Shown: positions 54,270-63,100 of the stretch, piece after piece
Position numbering within the stretch: position 1 is the first letter of the stretch
How the letters are laid out: each line of letters starts with the position of its first letter
NCBI GenBank assembly: GCA_964349365.1
Contig: CAYGFY010000013.1
Span: 3,729-67,728 of the forward strand
Direction: 5' to 3'
DNA length: 64,000 bases
Source: an uncultured Bacteroidales bacterium
GTDB lineage: Bacteria; Bacteroidota; Bacteroidia; Bacteroidales; UBA7960
The notes under the pieces: model-generated
Database searches by the model: none
Seen by the model: only the letters and a program-made list of their open reading frames with translations
What the model was told of the DNA's origin: nothing
Position numbers and translations under genes: made by a program

Positions 54270-54518
54270 ATGAACAAAAACAACAAAATAGCTTGGGTTT
54301 TTCCAAAAATAATCCTCGTTGTTGCATTAACTGCCTGGCTTTTTTCTTCCTGTGGAGATGTTAGCAAAAGAGTTAATGAAAAATTAGACGAACTTTCTAA
54401 AAAAACCGAGTCTTTAGATTCGCTAATCAAGAACCATATCAACGAAATTATCCCAATTGATTCCCTTACAAAAAAGGGAAGTGAAAGTTTGAACAAAATT
54501 GATTCACTAATTAATTAA
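54270..54518 (+). CDS. small hypothetical lipoprotein
   Basis: 82-aa ORF with a lipobox (WLFSSCGD), followed by a coiled-coil-like repeat of LD..S / IDSL. Confidence 0.5.
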   Translation: MNKNNKIAWVFPKIILVVALTAWLFSSCGDVSKRVNEKLDELSKKTESLDSLIKNHINEIIPIDSLTKKGSESLNKIDSLIN

Positions 54519-54640
54519 CCATTGAAAAAAGATGGTTCAATTGACAGCAGGAAATCAAATTTTTATAGCAAATCACAATCAATTTTGATCGTAAAATTAT
54601 TTCAAACAAACACGTAGTTGAACCTGGAAAAATAAAGTGC

Positions 54641-55132
54641 ATGATAAAAACAAGGGTTAGCATTGTTATGGGTTCAGATACTGACCTGCCCGTAATGCAA
54701 CAAGCAGCCGAAATGCTTGATTTTTTTGGTATTGCATACGAGATTGACATAGTATCTGCGCATCGCACCCCCGAAAAACTTTTCGATTTTTCAGCCAACG
54801 CCCACAAGCGCGGTATAGTTGCAATTATTGCCGGTGCGGGCGGTGCTGCACACCTTCCAGGTATGGTCGCTGCATTATCGCCACTACCAGTGATTGGCGT
54901 GCCAATAAAGTCGAGCAACTCCATTGATGGCTGGGACTCGGTGCTTTCAATACTTCAGATGCCAAGTGGGGTTCCGGTGGCAACGGTGGCCTTAAACGGT
55001 GCCAAAAACGCCGGAATCCTTGCCGCCCAAATAGTGGCTGTAAATGACGGCACCATCCTACAAAAGATAATAGACTACAAGCTTGACCTTAAACAGCAGG
55101 TTGTTGCCAAAGCCGAAAAGTTGAAAGGATAG
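54641..55132 (+). CDS. purE: 5-(carboxyamino)imidazole ribonucleotide mutase
   Basis: 163-aa ORF with VSIVMGSDTDLPVM, VSAHRTPEKL and AGGAAHLPGMVAA. Confidence 0.94.
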   Translation: MIKTRVSIVMGSDTDLPVMQQAAEMLDFFGIAYEIDIVSAHRTPEKLFDFSANAHKRGIVAIIAGAGGAAHLPGMVAALSPLPVIGVPIKSSNSIDGWDSVLSILQMPSGVPVATVALNGAKNAGILAAQIVAVNDGTILQKIIDYKLDLKQQVVAKAEKLKG

Positions 55133-55145
55133 AAAAATCTCAAGG

Positions 55146-56309
55146 TTGAAAAAGCACTTAACCGTTTTGGCATCGTTTGTTATTATGCTCTGCATTGGCG
55201 GTGTGTATGCATGGAGCATTGTTGCCGCCGAACTAATTTCTGGCCATGGCTTCTCGGCCCTCCAATCACAGGTGATTTTTGGTTTTCTTATTGCAATTTT
55301 CCCCACTACAATGATAATCGTGGGTAAAATTGGAAACCAAATTAAACATCGGCATATAGGATATATTTCCGGGTTTTTGTTTTGGCTTGGATATTTTTTG
55401 GCAAGTAAATCGCAAGGCAATTTCTTGATTGTTTTCGTGGGCCTCGGCGTTATAACCGGGGTTTCCACGGGATTTGGGTATTGGCTATCACTAACATCTC
55501 CTGTAAAATGGTTTCCAAAAAACAAGGGGCTAATAACAGGTGTTGCAGCTGCAGGCTTTGGACTCGGTGCGGTGTTCATGTCCGAAATATCGCAAGCTCT
55601 CCTGAAAAGTGGTTACAACATAATGGAATTGCTAGGCTTGATGGGAATTTCTTACGGAATTATAATAATTGTTGCATCTAATTTCATTTTCCAAGTTCCA
55701 AGTTCACCCTCTGAAACAAGTTTGCCACTAAAACTTTCGGAAACATTTCGGTCAAAAACCTTTAAGAGGCTTTTTCTTGGCATTTTTTTGGGCACCTTTG
55801 CGGGGCTCCTCGTGATAGGAAGCTTGAACCTTATAGGCCGTGAAAATGATATTTCCACCGGCAACCTTGTTCACGCCGTGGCCATTTTTGCCATTGCTAA
55901 TTTCCTTGGAAGGCTTTCATGGGGTATGCTCAGCGATAGAATTGGGGCAAGTTTGAGCATTTTTTTGGCTTTGCTGGTACAATCTATATCAATATTGTCA
56001 TTGATACTTTTCCCACTGTCAGATGCCACTTTCTGGCTTATTTCTTTTCTTGTTGGGTTTGGATTCGGCGCCAATTTCGTGCTTTTTGCAAGGGAAACTG
56101 CACAGGTTTTTGGATTGGACAATATGGGCTCAATTTACCCCTACGTATTTCTGGGCTACGCAATTGCCGGTGTTGCAGGCCCGGCAGCTGGCGGGTTTAT
56201 TTTTGATATTTCGGGATCGTTTACAATGGCAATACTTCTTGCCAGTTTAATTAGCTTGGCTGGTGGCTTGCTGTTTTTCAAACAATCATTTTTAAGAAGC
56301 AAAACATGA
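55146..56309 (+). CDS. MFS transporter (oxalate/formate antiporter-like family)
   Basis: 387-aa polytopic ORF. The N-terminal LCIGGVYAWS is typical of OFA-family MFS proteins. The start codon is uncertain (TTG at 55146 or ATG at 55185). Confidence 0.75.
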   Translation: MKKHLTVLASFVIMLCIGGVYAWSIVAAELISGHGFSALQSQVIFGFLIAIFPTTMIIVGKIGNQIKHRHIGYISGFLFWLGYFLASKSQGNFLIVFVGLGVITGVSTGFGYWLSLTSPVKWFPKNKGLITGVAAAGFGLGAVFMSEISQALLKSGYNIMELLGLMGISYGIIIIVASNFIFQVPSSPSETSLPLKLSETFRSKTFKRLFLGIFLGTFAGLLVIGSLNLIGRENDISTGNLVHAVAIFAIANFLGRLSWGMLSDRIGASLSIFLALLVQSISILSLILFPLSDATFWLISFLVGFGFGANFVLFARETAQVFGLDNMGSIYPYVFLGYAIAGVAGPAAGGFIFDISGSFTMAILLASLISLAGGLLFFKQSFLRSKT

Positions 56310-57301
56310 GCATTGTCGGGCAAATAGAAATTGCAGCAAAACACATAAAAGAAGGAAGAATTGTTGCTTTTCCAACCGAAACTGTTTACGGGCTAGGGGC
56401 AAACGCCTTAAACCCGTTGGCTGTTGCCAAAATATTTGAATTGAAGGAGCGTCCTTCTTTTGACCCGCTCATCGTGCATATTTCAGATTATGCCCAGCTA
56501 AACGAAATAACCACTTCCAACGACGAAAGGATTACCAAGATTGCAGAGAAATTCTGGCCTGGACCCTTAACAATGGTGCTGCCCAAAAGCCATGGGGTCC
56601 CAAACATTGTCACCTCAGGCCTTCCAACGGTAGGTGTTAGAATGCCAAACCACCAAATTGCACTTGAACTAATACGAATGTCCAACTGCCCCATAGCGGC
56701 TCCAAGTGCCAACAAGTTCGGCCGGATTAGTCCCACGACGGCTGCCCATGTGCGAAAGCAGCTCCCAAATGTTGATTTTATCATTGATGGCGGTAAAACT
56801 ACCGTGGGCATTGAATCAACCATCATAAGATTGACCCGGATAGGCTTTCAAATACTCCGTAACGGAATAATCACACAGGAAGAACTCGAACAAGTGGTAC
56901 CGTTCGACCACTCAACCCCAATTGAAGCCCTCTCGGCACCGGGAATGTTAAAATCTCACTACAGCCCTAAAAAAAAACTTTTAATAGCCGGAATACAAAC
57001 CAGCACAATTGACATATCAAGGGCCGGGCTCATTTCATTTACCGGCAAATTGGATTCGGGATTTAAAAAAGTTTTTAGGGTTTCTGATACTGACGATCTT
57101 AAAGGATACGCCGTGAATATGTTTGAAGCAATGCACGCATTTGAAGATGACAGTGAAATAGATTTAATTATGGCCGAACCCGTTTGCGAAAAAGGTATTG
57201 GCAAGGCCATAATGGACAGGCTGAAAAAGGCCGAATTTGGTTGGAGGCAGTACAAACCAGGAATTACTCGTGCAAACTGCATGTTTTTAACAATGCTTTA
57301 A
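56306..57301 (+). CDS. tsaC: L-threonylcarbamoyladenylate synthase (YrdC + Sua5 domains)
   Basis: 331-aa ORF with VAFPTETVYGLGANA, APSANKFGRISPT and a C-terminal Sua5 domain. Its start overlaps the MFS stop (ATGA). Confidence 0.88.
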   Translation: MSIVGQIEIAAKHIKEGRIVAFPTETVYGLGANALNPLAVAKIFELKERPSFDPLIVHISDYAQLNEITTSNDERITKIAEKFWPGPLTMVLPKSHGVPNIVTSGLPTVGVRMPNHQIALELIRMSNCPIAAPSANKFGRISPTTAAHVRKQLPNVDFIIDGGKTTVGIESTIIRLTRIGFQILRNGIITQEELEQVVPFDHSTPIEALSAPGMLKSHYSPKKKLLIAGIQTSTIDISRAGLISFTGKLDSGFKKVFRVSDTDDLKGYAVNMFEAMHAFEDDSEIDLIMAEPVCEKGIGKAIMDRLKKAEFGWRQYKPGITRANCMFLTML

Positions 57302-57316
57302 AAAATTCATTTTACT

Positions 57317-57324
57317 TATATTTG
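57317..57324 (+). promoter_or_regulatory. -7 promoter box TATATTTG upstream of the NuoE-like gene
   Basis: Exact TAnnTTTG match. It favours the ATG at 57368 over the TTG at 57338 as the start. Confidence 0.45.
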
Positions 57325-57367
57325 TCCATAAAATTGTTTGAAACCCCTCAACGATAATAATTGTCAA

Positions 57368-57886
57368 ATGCGTGTAAAAAGAATTGCCCCGCTATACGAA
57401 GTCAAAACCGAAACCGCTCCCATTGACCTTGCTCTCATTGACCCCATTTTGGAAAAGTACAAGGGGGAGGCCGGAAACCTGATACCCCTGCTTCAGGGCA
57501 CACAGGAGGCATTGGGGTTCATTCCAAGGGAGGCATTGGTGAAAATTAGCCGGGAAACAGGCATCCCAATTACCGACCTTTACGGTGTGGCAACCTTTTA
57601 CGCACAATTCAAGCTTGTGCCCAGAGGCAAGTACATTATAAAAATGTGCCACGGTACTGCCTGCCACGTGCAAACCGTGCACGAAGTAACAAACCAATTA
57701 CTTGATTTTTTGGAAATAAAAGATGGGGAAACAACCGCCAACGGCTTGTTTACCCTCGAAACAGTAGCTTGCCTCGGTTGCTGCTCTCTGGCACCTGTAA
57801 TGATGATTAACGAAGACACGCACGGAAAGCTCACACCGGCGCAGGGGCTGAAGATTGTGAAGGAAATAAAACGCTCTAATCATTAA
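57368..57886 (+). CDS. NuoE/HydC/HndA-type thioredoxin-like [2Fe-2S] subunit
   Basis: The cluster ligand pattern is CHGTACHV ... CLGCCSLAPVMMI. The start could alternatively be at 57338. Confidence 0.88.
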   Translation: MRVKRIAPLYEVKTETAPIDLALIDPILEKYKGEAGNLIPLLQGTQEALGFIPREALVKISRETGIPITDLYGVATFYAQFKLVPRGKYIIKMCHGTACHVQTVHEVTNQLLDFLEIKDGETTANGLFTLETVACLGCCSLAPVMMINEDTHGKLTPAQGLKIVKEIKRSNH

Positions 57887-57895
57887 TGGTTAATG

Positions 57896-58078
57896 GACAA
57901 TTGAGAATTACTAATTACGAATTGAAGAGGGTTTCAAGCTTGAAATGTTAATAGCTTAAAACTTTAAAACTTTAAAACTTTAAAACAATTAAACTCTTTT
58001 TTTACCAATCACCAATTACTAATCACTCTTGACTTAGCGTTCATTACGTGGCTTTAGCTTCTTGTAATTGTGGTAAAA
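57896..58078 (-). repeat. composite skewed-word element, copy C (long form, inverted) between the NuoE-like and NuoF-like genes
   Basis: Its reverse complement aligns with 44095-44290. It contains a local tandem AAAACTTT x3.5 at 57957-57986. Confidence 0.88.
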
Positions 58079-58165
58079 ATGGCTTTTGATTGATGGCTAA
58101 CGATTCATTAACCGCAGATTAACACCGACCGGCTATTGCCATAATACTTTGAACTCTTAACCAAT

Positions 58166-59944
58166 ATGAGCAAAACAACCATTATTGTTGGGCTTGGGAG
58201 CTGCGGTATTGCCGCGGGGGCTTCAAAAACATACGCCGAGCTCGAAAGGATCAAAAGTGCCGACAAACTGGATTTCGAGCTTAAAAAAACCAGTTGCGTG
58301 GGCATGTGCTTCCGCGAGCCACTGGTTGAGGTCATTGACGAATCTGGAACTTACCTTTACGGAAACGTAGATCCCGAAAGGGTCGACGAAATAATTGACA
58401 AGCACGTCAAGAACTTCTCGCCAATTCATGATTACATCGTACATGGCAAGAACCTCCAAACCGCCGATGATGGATTTTTTGAAGGCCAGGTAAAGATTGC
58501 CCTGAAAAACTGCGGTTTTATAGACCCGGAGAAAATAGAAGAGTACGAAGCCAACGGCGGCTACGATGCAATACGAATGATAGCCGACGGATCAATTGAC
58601 CAGGACAGGGTAATACAAATGATAATAGATTCCGGCTTGCGTGGCCGAGGGGGTGGCGGCTTTCCAACCGGAATGAAATGGCGGCTTGCACGCAACGCAA
58701 AAAGCGAAAAAAAATACGTTATCTGCAATGCCGACGAGGGCGACCCCGGAGCGTTCATGGACAGGTCAATCCTTGAAGGCGACCCTCATGGAGTGCTCGA
58801 AGGGATGATTATTTGCGGATACTCAATAGGAGCTTGCGTGGGCTACATATATTGCAGGGCCGAATACCCGCTGGCAATAAAACGGCTAAACGTTGCAATT
58901 GGTCAGGCGCGAGAAAAAGGTTACCTCGGAAAAAACATTTTCGGCATGGTGGGATTTGACTTCGATATAATAATAAAAGAGGGTGCAGGCGCATTCGTTT
59001 GTGGAGAGGAAACAGCACTTATTGCTTCTATCGAAGGTAAACGTGGCATGCCGCGCAAACGTCCGCCATTTCCGGCTAACTCGGGCTTGTGGAGGTATCC
59101 TACTAACATAAATAACGTTGAAACCTTCGTTAACATTCCGCGAATAATACTTGAAGGCCCTGAAAAATATGCAGCGCTTGGCACCGAAAAAAGCAAGGGA
59201 ACCAAGGTATTTGCCCTCACGGGAAAAATAAAACGGGGCGGTTTGGTTGAAGTTCCCATGGGAATTAGCATCAAGGATGTGATTTACAAGCTTGGTGGCG
59301 GTATAGTTGCCGACAAAAAGTTCAAGGCAGTGCAACTCGGAGGCCCTTCTGGCGGATGCTTGCCCGAGTACCTCTCTGATACCAGGGTTGATTACGATTC
59401 GGTAAACGCCACCGGTGCCATCATGGGTTCGGGGGGTATGGTAGTCATGGACGAAACCACCTGCGTGGTTGACATTGCTAGGTTCTTTTTGGATTTTACT
59501 TGCAAGGAATCGTGCGGCAAGTGTACATTTTGTCGCATTGGCACCAAGCGAATGCTGGAAATCTTGACCCGGATAACCCAGGGCGAAGGCAAGGAAGGCG
59601 ACATTGAACTGCTCGAGGAACTTTCTACCACCATCAAGAACAACTCGCTTTGCGGACTGGGCCAAACGGCACCAAACCCGGTGCTCACAACAATAAAGTA
59701 TTTCCGAACAGAATACGAGGCCCACATTAACAACAAGAAGTGCCCGGCGTTGAGTTGCAAGAAGCTACTAACATACACCATAAACAAGAAAGCTTGCACC
59801 GGCTGCACCGCTTGCGCCAGAGGCTGCCCTGTAACGGCAATCATCGGCGAGAAAAGGATGCCACACGAAGTATCGCAAGAAATCTGCATCAAATGCGGAA
59901 TTTGCTACACCAAGTGCAAGTTTGGGGCTATAGTTTTAAGTTGA
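58166..59944 (+). CDS. NuoF/HydB/HndC-type NAD(H)- and FMN-binding iron-sulfur subunit with C-terminal 2x[4Fe-4S] ferredoxin domain
   Basis: 592-aa ORF with GRGGGGFPTGMKW, CNADEGDPGAFMDR, ESCGKCTFCRIG...CGLG, and a C-terminal CTGCTACARGCP and CIKCGICYTKC. It has an N-terminal thioredoxin-like domain. Confidence 0.9.
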   Translation: MSKTTIIVGLGSCGIAAGASKTYAELERIKSADKLDFELKKTSCVGMCFREPLVEVIDESGTYLYGNVDPERVDEIIDKHVKNFSPIHDYIVHGKNLQTADDGFFEGQVKIALKNCGFIDPEKIEEYEANGGYDAIRMIADGSIDQDRVIQMIIDSGLRGRGGGGFPTGMKWRLARNAKSEKKYVICNADEGDPGAFMDRSILEGDPHGVLEGMIICGYSIGACVGYIYCRAEYPLAIKRLNVAIGQAREKGYLGKNIFGMVGFDFDIIIKEGAGAFVCGEETALIASIEGKRGMPRKRPPFPANSGLWRYPTNINNVETFVNIPRIILEGPEKYAALGTEKSKGTKVFALTGKIKRGGLVEVPMGISIKDVIYKLGGGIVADKKFKAVQLGGPSGGCLPEYLSDTRVDYDSVNATGAIMGSGGMVVMDETTCVVDIARFFLDFTCKESCGKCTFCRIGTKRMLEILTRITQGEGKEGDIELLEELSTTIKNNSLCGLGQTAPNPVLTTIKYFRTEYEAHINNKKCPALSCKKLLTYTINKKACTGCTACARGCPVTAIIGEKRMPHEVSQEICIKCGICYTKCKFGAIVLS

Positions 59945-60157
59945 TGGACTGATATTTTTATAGGTTGGGGATTTAATGAGGCCTATGAGGTGAATGGTTT
60001 AAAGGTTTAAAAATATGGCTGAGTGGCAATTAAAATGAGAAATGAAAATTTCTGCACGAACTCAGCGCTCCCAGCGTACATGCGGCTAAAAATTACTTTT
60101 TGATCGGGCGATTGGCTTTAAAACATTGCGATAAGAGGAAAAAAATAATTACATTTG

Positions 60158-63100
60158 ATGGATCAACCGAACATTATTCTTAACGGTGAAATTGTTAAAG
60201 GCAACACTGGCGAGACTATTTTAGCCTTGGCTAATCGCTTTTCTGTTGAAATTCCAACCCTTTGCAACGATCCACGGCTGGAGCCGTACTCGTCGTGTTA
60301 TGTTTGCGTGGTGGAAATTGAAGGTATGCGCAACCTGCAGCCTGCCTGCTCAACCACCCTCGCAGAGGGGATGAGAATTAGCACCAACAACCAACGCGTA
60401 AGGAATTCGCGCAAAATGGCTCTGGAGCTGATGGCAAGTAACCATTACGCCGACTGCCTTGCCCCATGCCGCGAAACTTGTCCTGCGGGGGTTGACGTGC
60501 AAGGTTACATTTCGATGATTAGCAAGGGTAAACACCGCGAGGCTGTTGAAATCATCAAGGAAACCAACCCGTTGCCAGCAATTTGCGGAAGAGTGTGCGT
60601 GAGACCCTGCGAGGTGGCTTGTCGTCGTAATCTTGTTGAAAATACAGGCGTTGGCATTGACTACCTCAAAAGGTTTTCGGCAGATATTGACCTGGAATCC
60701 CCCGATAGGTTCGTACCAACCAAAAAACCCGCCACCGGCAAGAAAGTAGCCATTATAGGTGCCGGGCCCGGGGGGCTTTCGGCAGCATTTTTCCTGGCAA
60801 GGGAAGGCCACGAGGTTGAAGTTTTCGAGGCCAGCAAGCACGCCGGAGGAATGCTAAGGTACGGCATTCCTCCCTACAGGCTTCCAAATGTTATTATTGA
60901 CAAGGAAGTGGAAGGGATAACCGCCCTGGGTGTAAAGATTCACTTTGAAAAAAAGCTTGGAGAAAACCTTAGCTACAAAGACTTGCAAGAAAATTTTGAT
61001 GCAGTGATACTTGCCATCGGGTCGCAAAGCGGTACCCGAATTGGTTGCGAGAACGATGATGCCGGAAACATCTTTTCGGGTATAGACTTCTTGCGAAATA
61101 TGGAAGTTAGTGGCCAAAAGTACGATTTCAGCGGTAAGAAAGTGGGGGTAATTGGGGGCGGGAATACCGCCATGGATTGCTGCCGCACGGCAATTCGCTG
61201 CGGTGCCAAGGAGGTAATGATTATTTACCGTCGTACCGAAAAGGAGATGCCTGCCAATCCCATCGAAATTCATGAATCGAAGCTTGAGGGAGTCAAGTGC
61301 CTGTTCTTGACGGCTCCCGCAAGGGTAAACAAAAACATTGACGGAAACATCAAGTCGCTCACCTGCTTCAGGATGGAACTCAGCGAGCCCGATGACTCGG
61401 GGCGCCGCAGGCCGGTGAAGATTGACGGCTCCGACTTTGACGTACCGTTGGATGTTGTCCTTGCCGCAATAGGCCAGAAAACAGACGTTAATTTCATTGA
61501 CGACATAAACAAGCACGCCCCCGCAGAGCTTGTAATAAACCGTTGGGGCGACATTGAGGCCAATCCCAAAACTCTTCAAACTTCGATAGAAAAGGTGTTT
61601 GCCTGCGGCGATGGGGTAACCGGCCCCGAAACGCTAATTGAAGCAATTGCACACGGCAAGCTTGCAGCCCAAAGTTGCAACAAGTACCTCCGGGGCGAGG
61701 TCATAACTCCCCCCACCTACGAGTTCTTGAGCCGCAAGGAAAACTTTCGCAGACAGGCAAGAAACGATTTCGAGGCGTGGTTCGAGAAGCAAGAGCGTGA
61801 AGAAATGCCCACAGTTAACCCGACAGAGCGCGGCAACTTCGACGAAGTGGAACTTGGCTACACCATACAGGCGGCCATGAACGAAACCAACCGCTGCATG
61901 GAGTGCGGTTGCAGCGAGCTTTACACTTGCAACCTGAAGAAATACTGCACCGAGTACGGTGCCCATCAGAAAAGGTACCAGGGCGAATTCAAGGAATACA
62001 AGGTGAAGTTCGATCACCCGCTGGTGGAAATCGACAACAACAAGTGCATACTTTGCAGCCGCTGCATAAGGATTTGTTCCGAAGTGGTTGGTGCCAACGC
62101 CCTGGGGCTCATAAACCGCGGCTTCGACACCTACGTTGCGCCCAGCCTTGGCGAGTCGCTGCTGCACACCCAGTGCGAAAGCTGCGGAATGTGTATTGAC
62201 ACCTGTCCCACGGGTGCCATTACCGAAAACGTGAACCACAAGCCGATGCCGCTGAAGCTCAACTCGTTTACCACCATTTGCAACTACTGCTCGGTAGGCT
62301 GCACGGTGGAACTGCACCACAAGTCGGGCTACTTTGCCCGCGCCACCGGTGCCAACGGCCTCATTAACAAGGATGCCAGCCTTTGCGGGATGGGCAAGTT
62401 TGGCTACCGCCTCCTCAACAATCCGCAGCGCGTTACCAAGCCGTTGCTCAAGGTAAAGGGCTCTTTCGAGGAAATCTCTTTCGAGGAAGCCCTTGCATTG
62501 ATTACCGACAAGTTAAAGGCCGTTGAACCCTCTCAAAATGTGTTCTTTGCAGGTGCGAGGCTTACCAACGAGGAGCAATACCTGATTCAAAAACTTGCCA
62601 GGGCGGTGGTCAAGACCAACAACGTGGGGAGCCTTGCAAATGCCCTTTCCGACAAGGTAAACCATATTGCGGCAATGACCCAAACGCCCTTCGAGCAGAT
62701 GGGCAAGGTGAAGAACTTTTTCATTTTCGGCGGAAGCCTGAATCTCCAAAACGGCGTGGTGGGCTTTTACATAAACAACCAACGGGTGGTGGGCAAGGCA
62801 CGGGTGAGCCTGGTTACCAAGGCCGAGCACAACGCCATTGGCCACAAGGCCGACAAAACCACCATTATTGACTCGTACTACCATTTTGCCCGGGCCGCCA
62901 ACCACCACGTCATTAGCCAAGCCCTGCACAACGCCCGCTACCTGACCGACCATTGCGTGGGGTTCGACCATTACAGCAAGGCCATTATGGCTGAGGATTT
63001 CGACGCGCTGGTGCAAAAGGCCGGTTGCAGCAAGGAAGATGTTGCCACTTTCGTGGAAAGCTTAAACGCCGAGCACCAATCTGTAATTGTGGTGCCACCA

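Noticed and set aside
57957-57986. Possible CRISPR-like or other regular repeat arrays (AAAACTTT x3.5 here; the GTGAAAA heptamers at 38692-38727; AGGTTTAG units at 34510-34535)
   Set aside because: The units are only 7-8 nt and directly tandem, with no unique spacers. No cas genes are present. These are microsatellite-like expansions within the word elements.
58886-59725. 279-aa minus-strand ORF inside the NuoF-like gene. Similar long antisense ORFs occur at 60854..61579, 61634..62320, 63133..63753, 21239..21901, 44711..45349, 54511..54924 and 55058..55579.
   Set aside because: Each lies opposite a gene with strong family motifs and lacks any recognisable motif. Long antisense ORFs are expected in these codon-biased genes.
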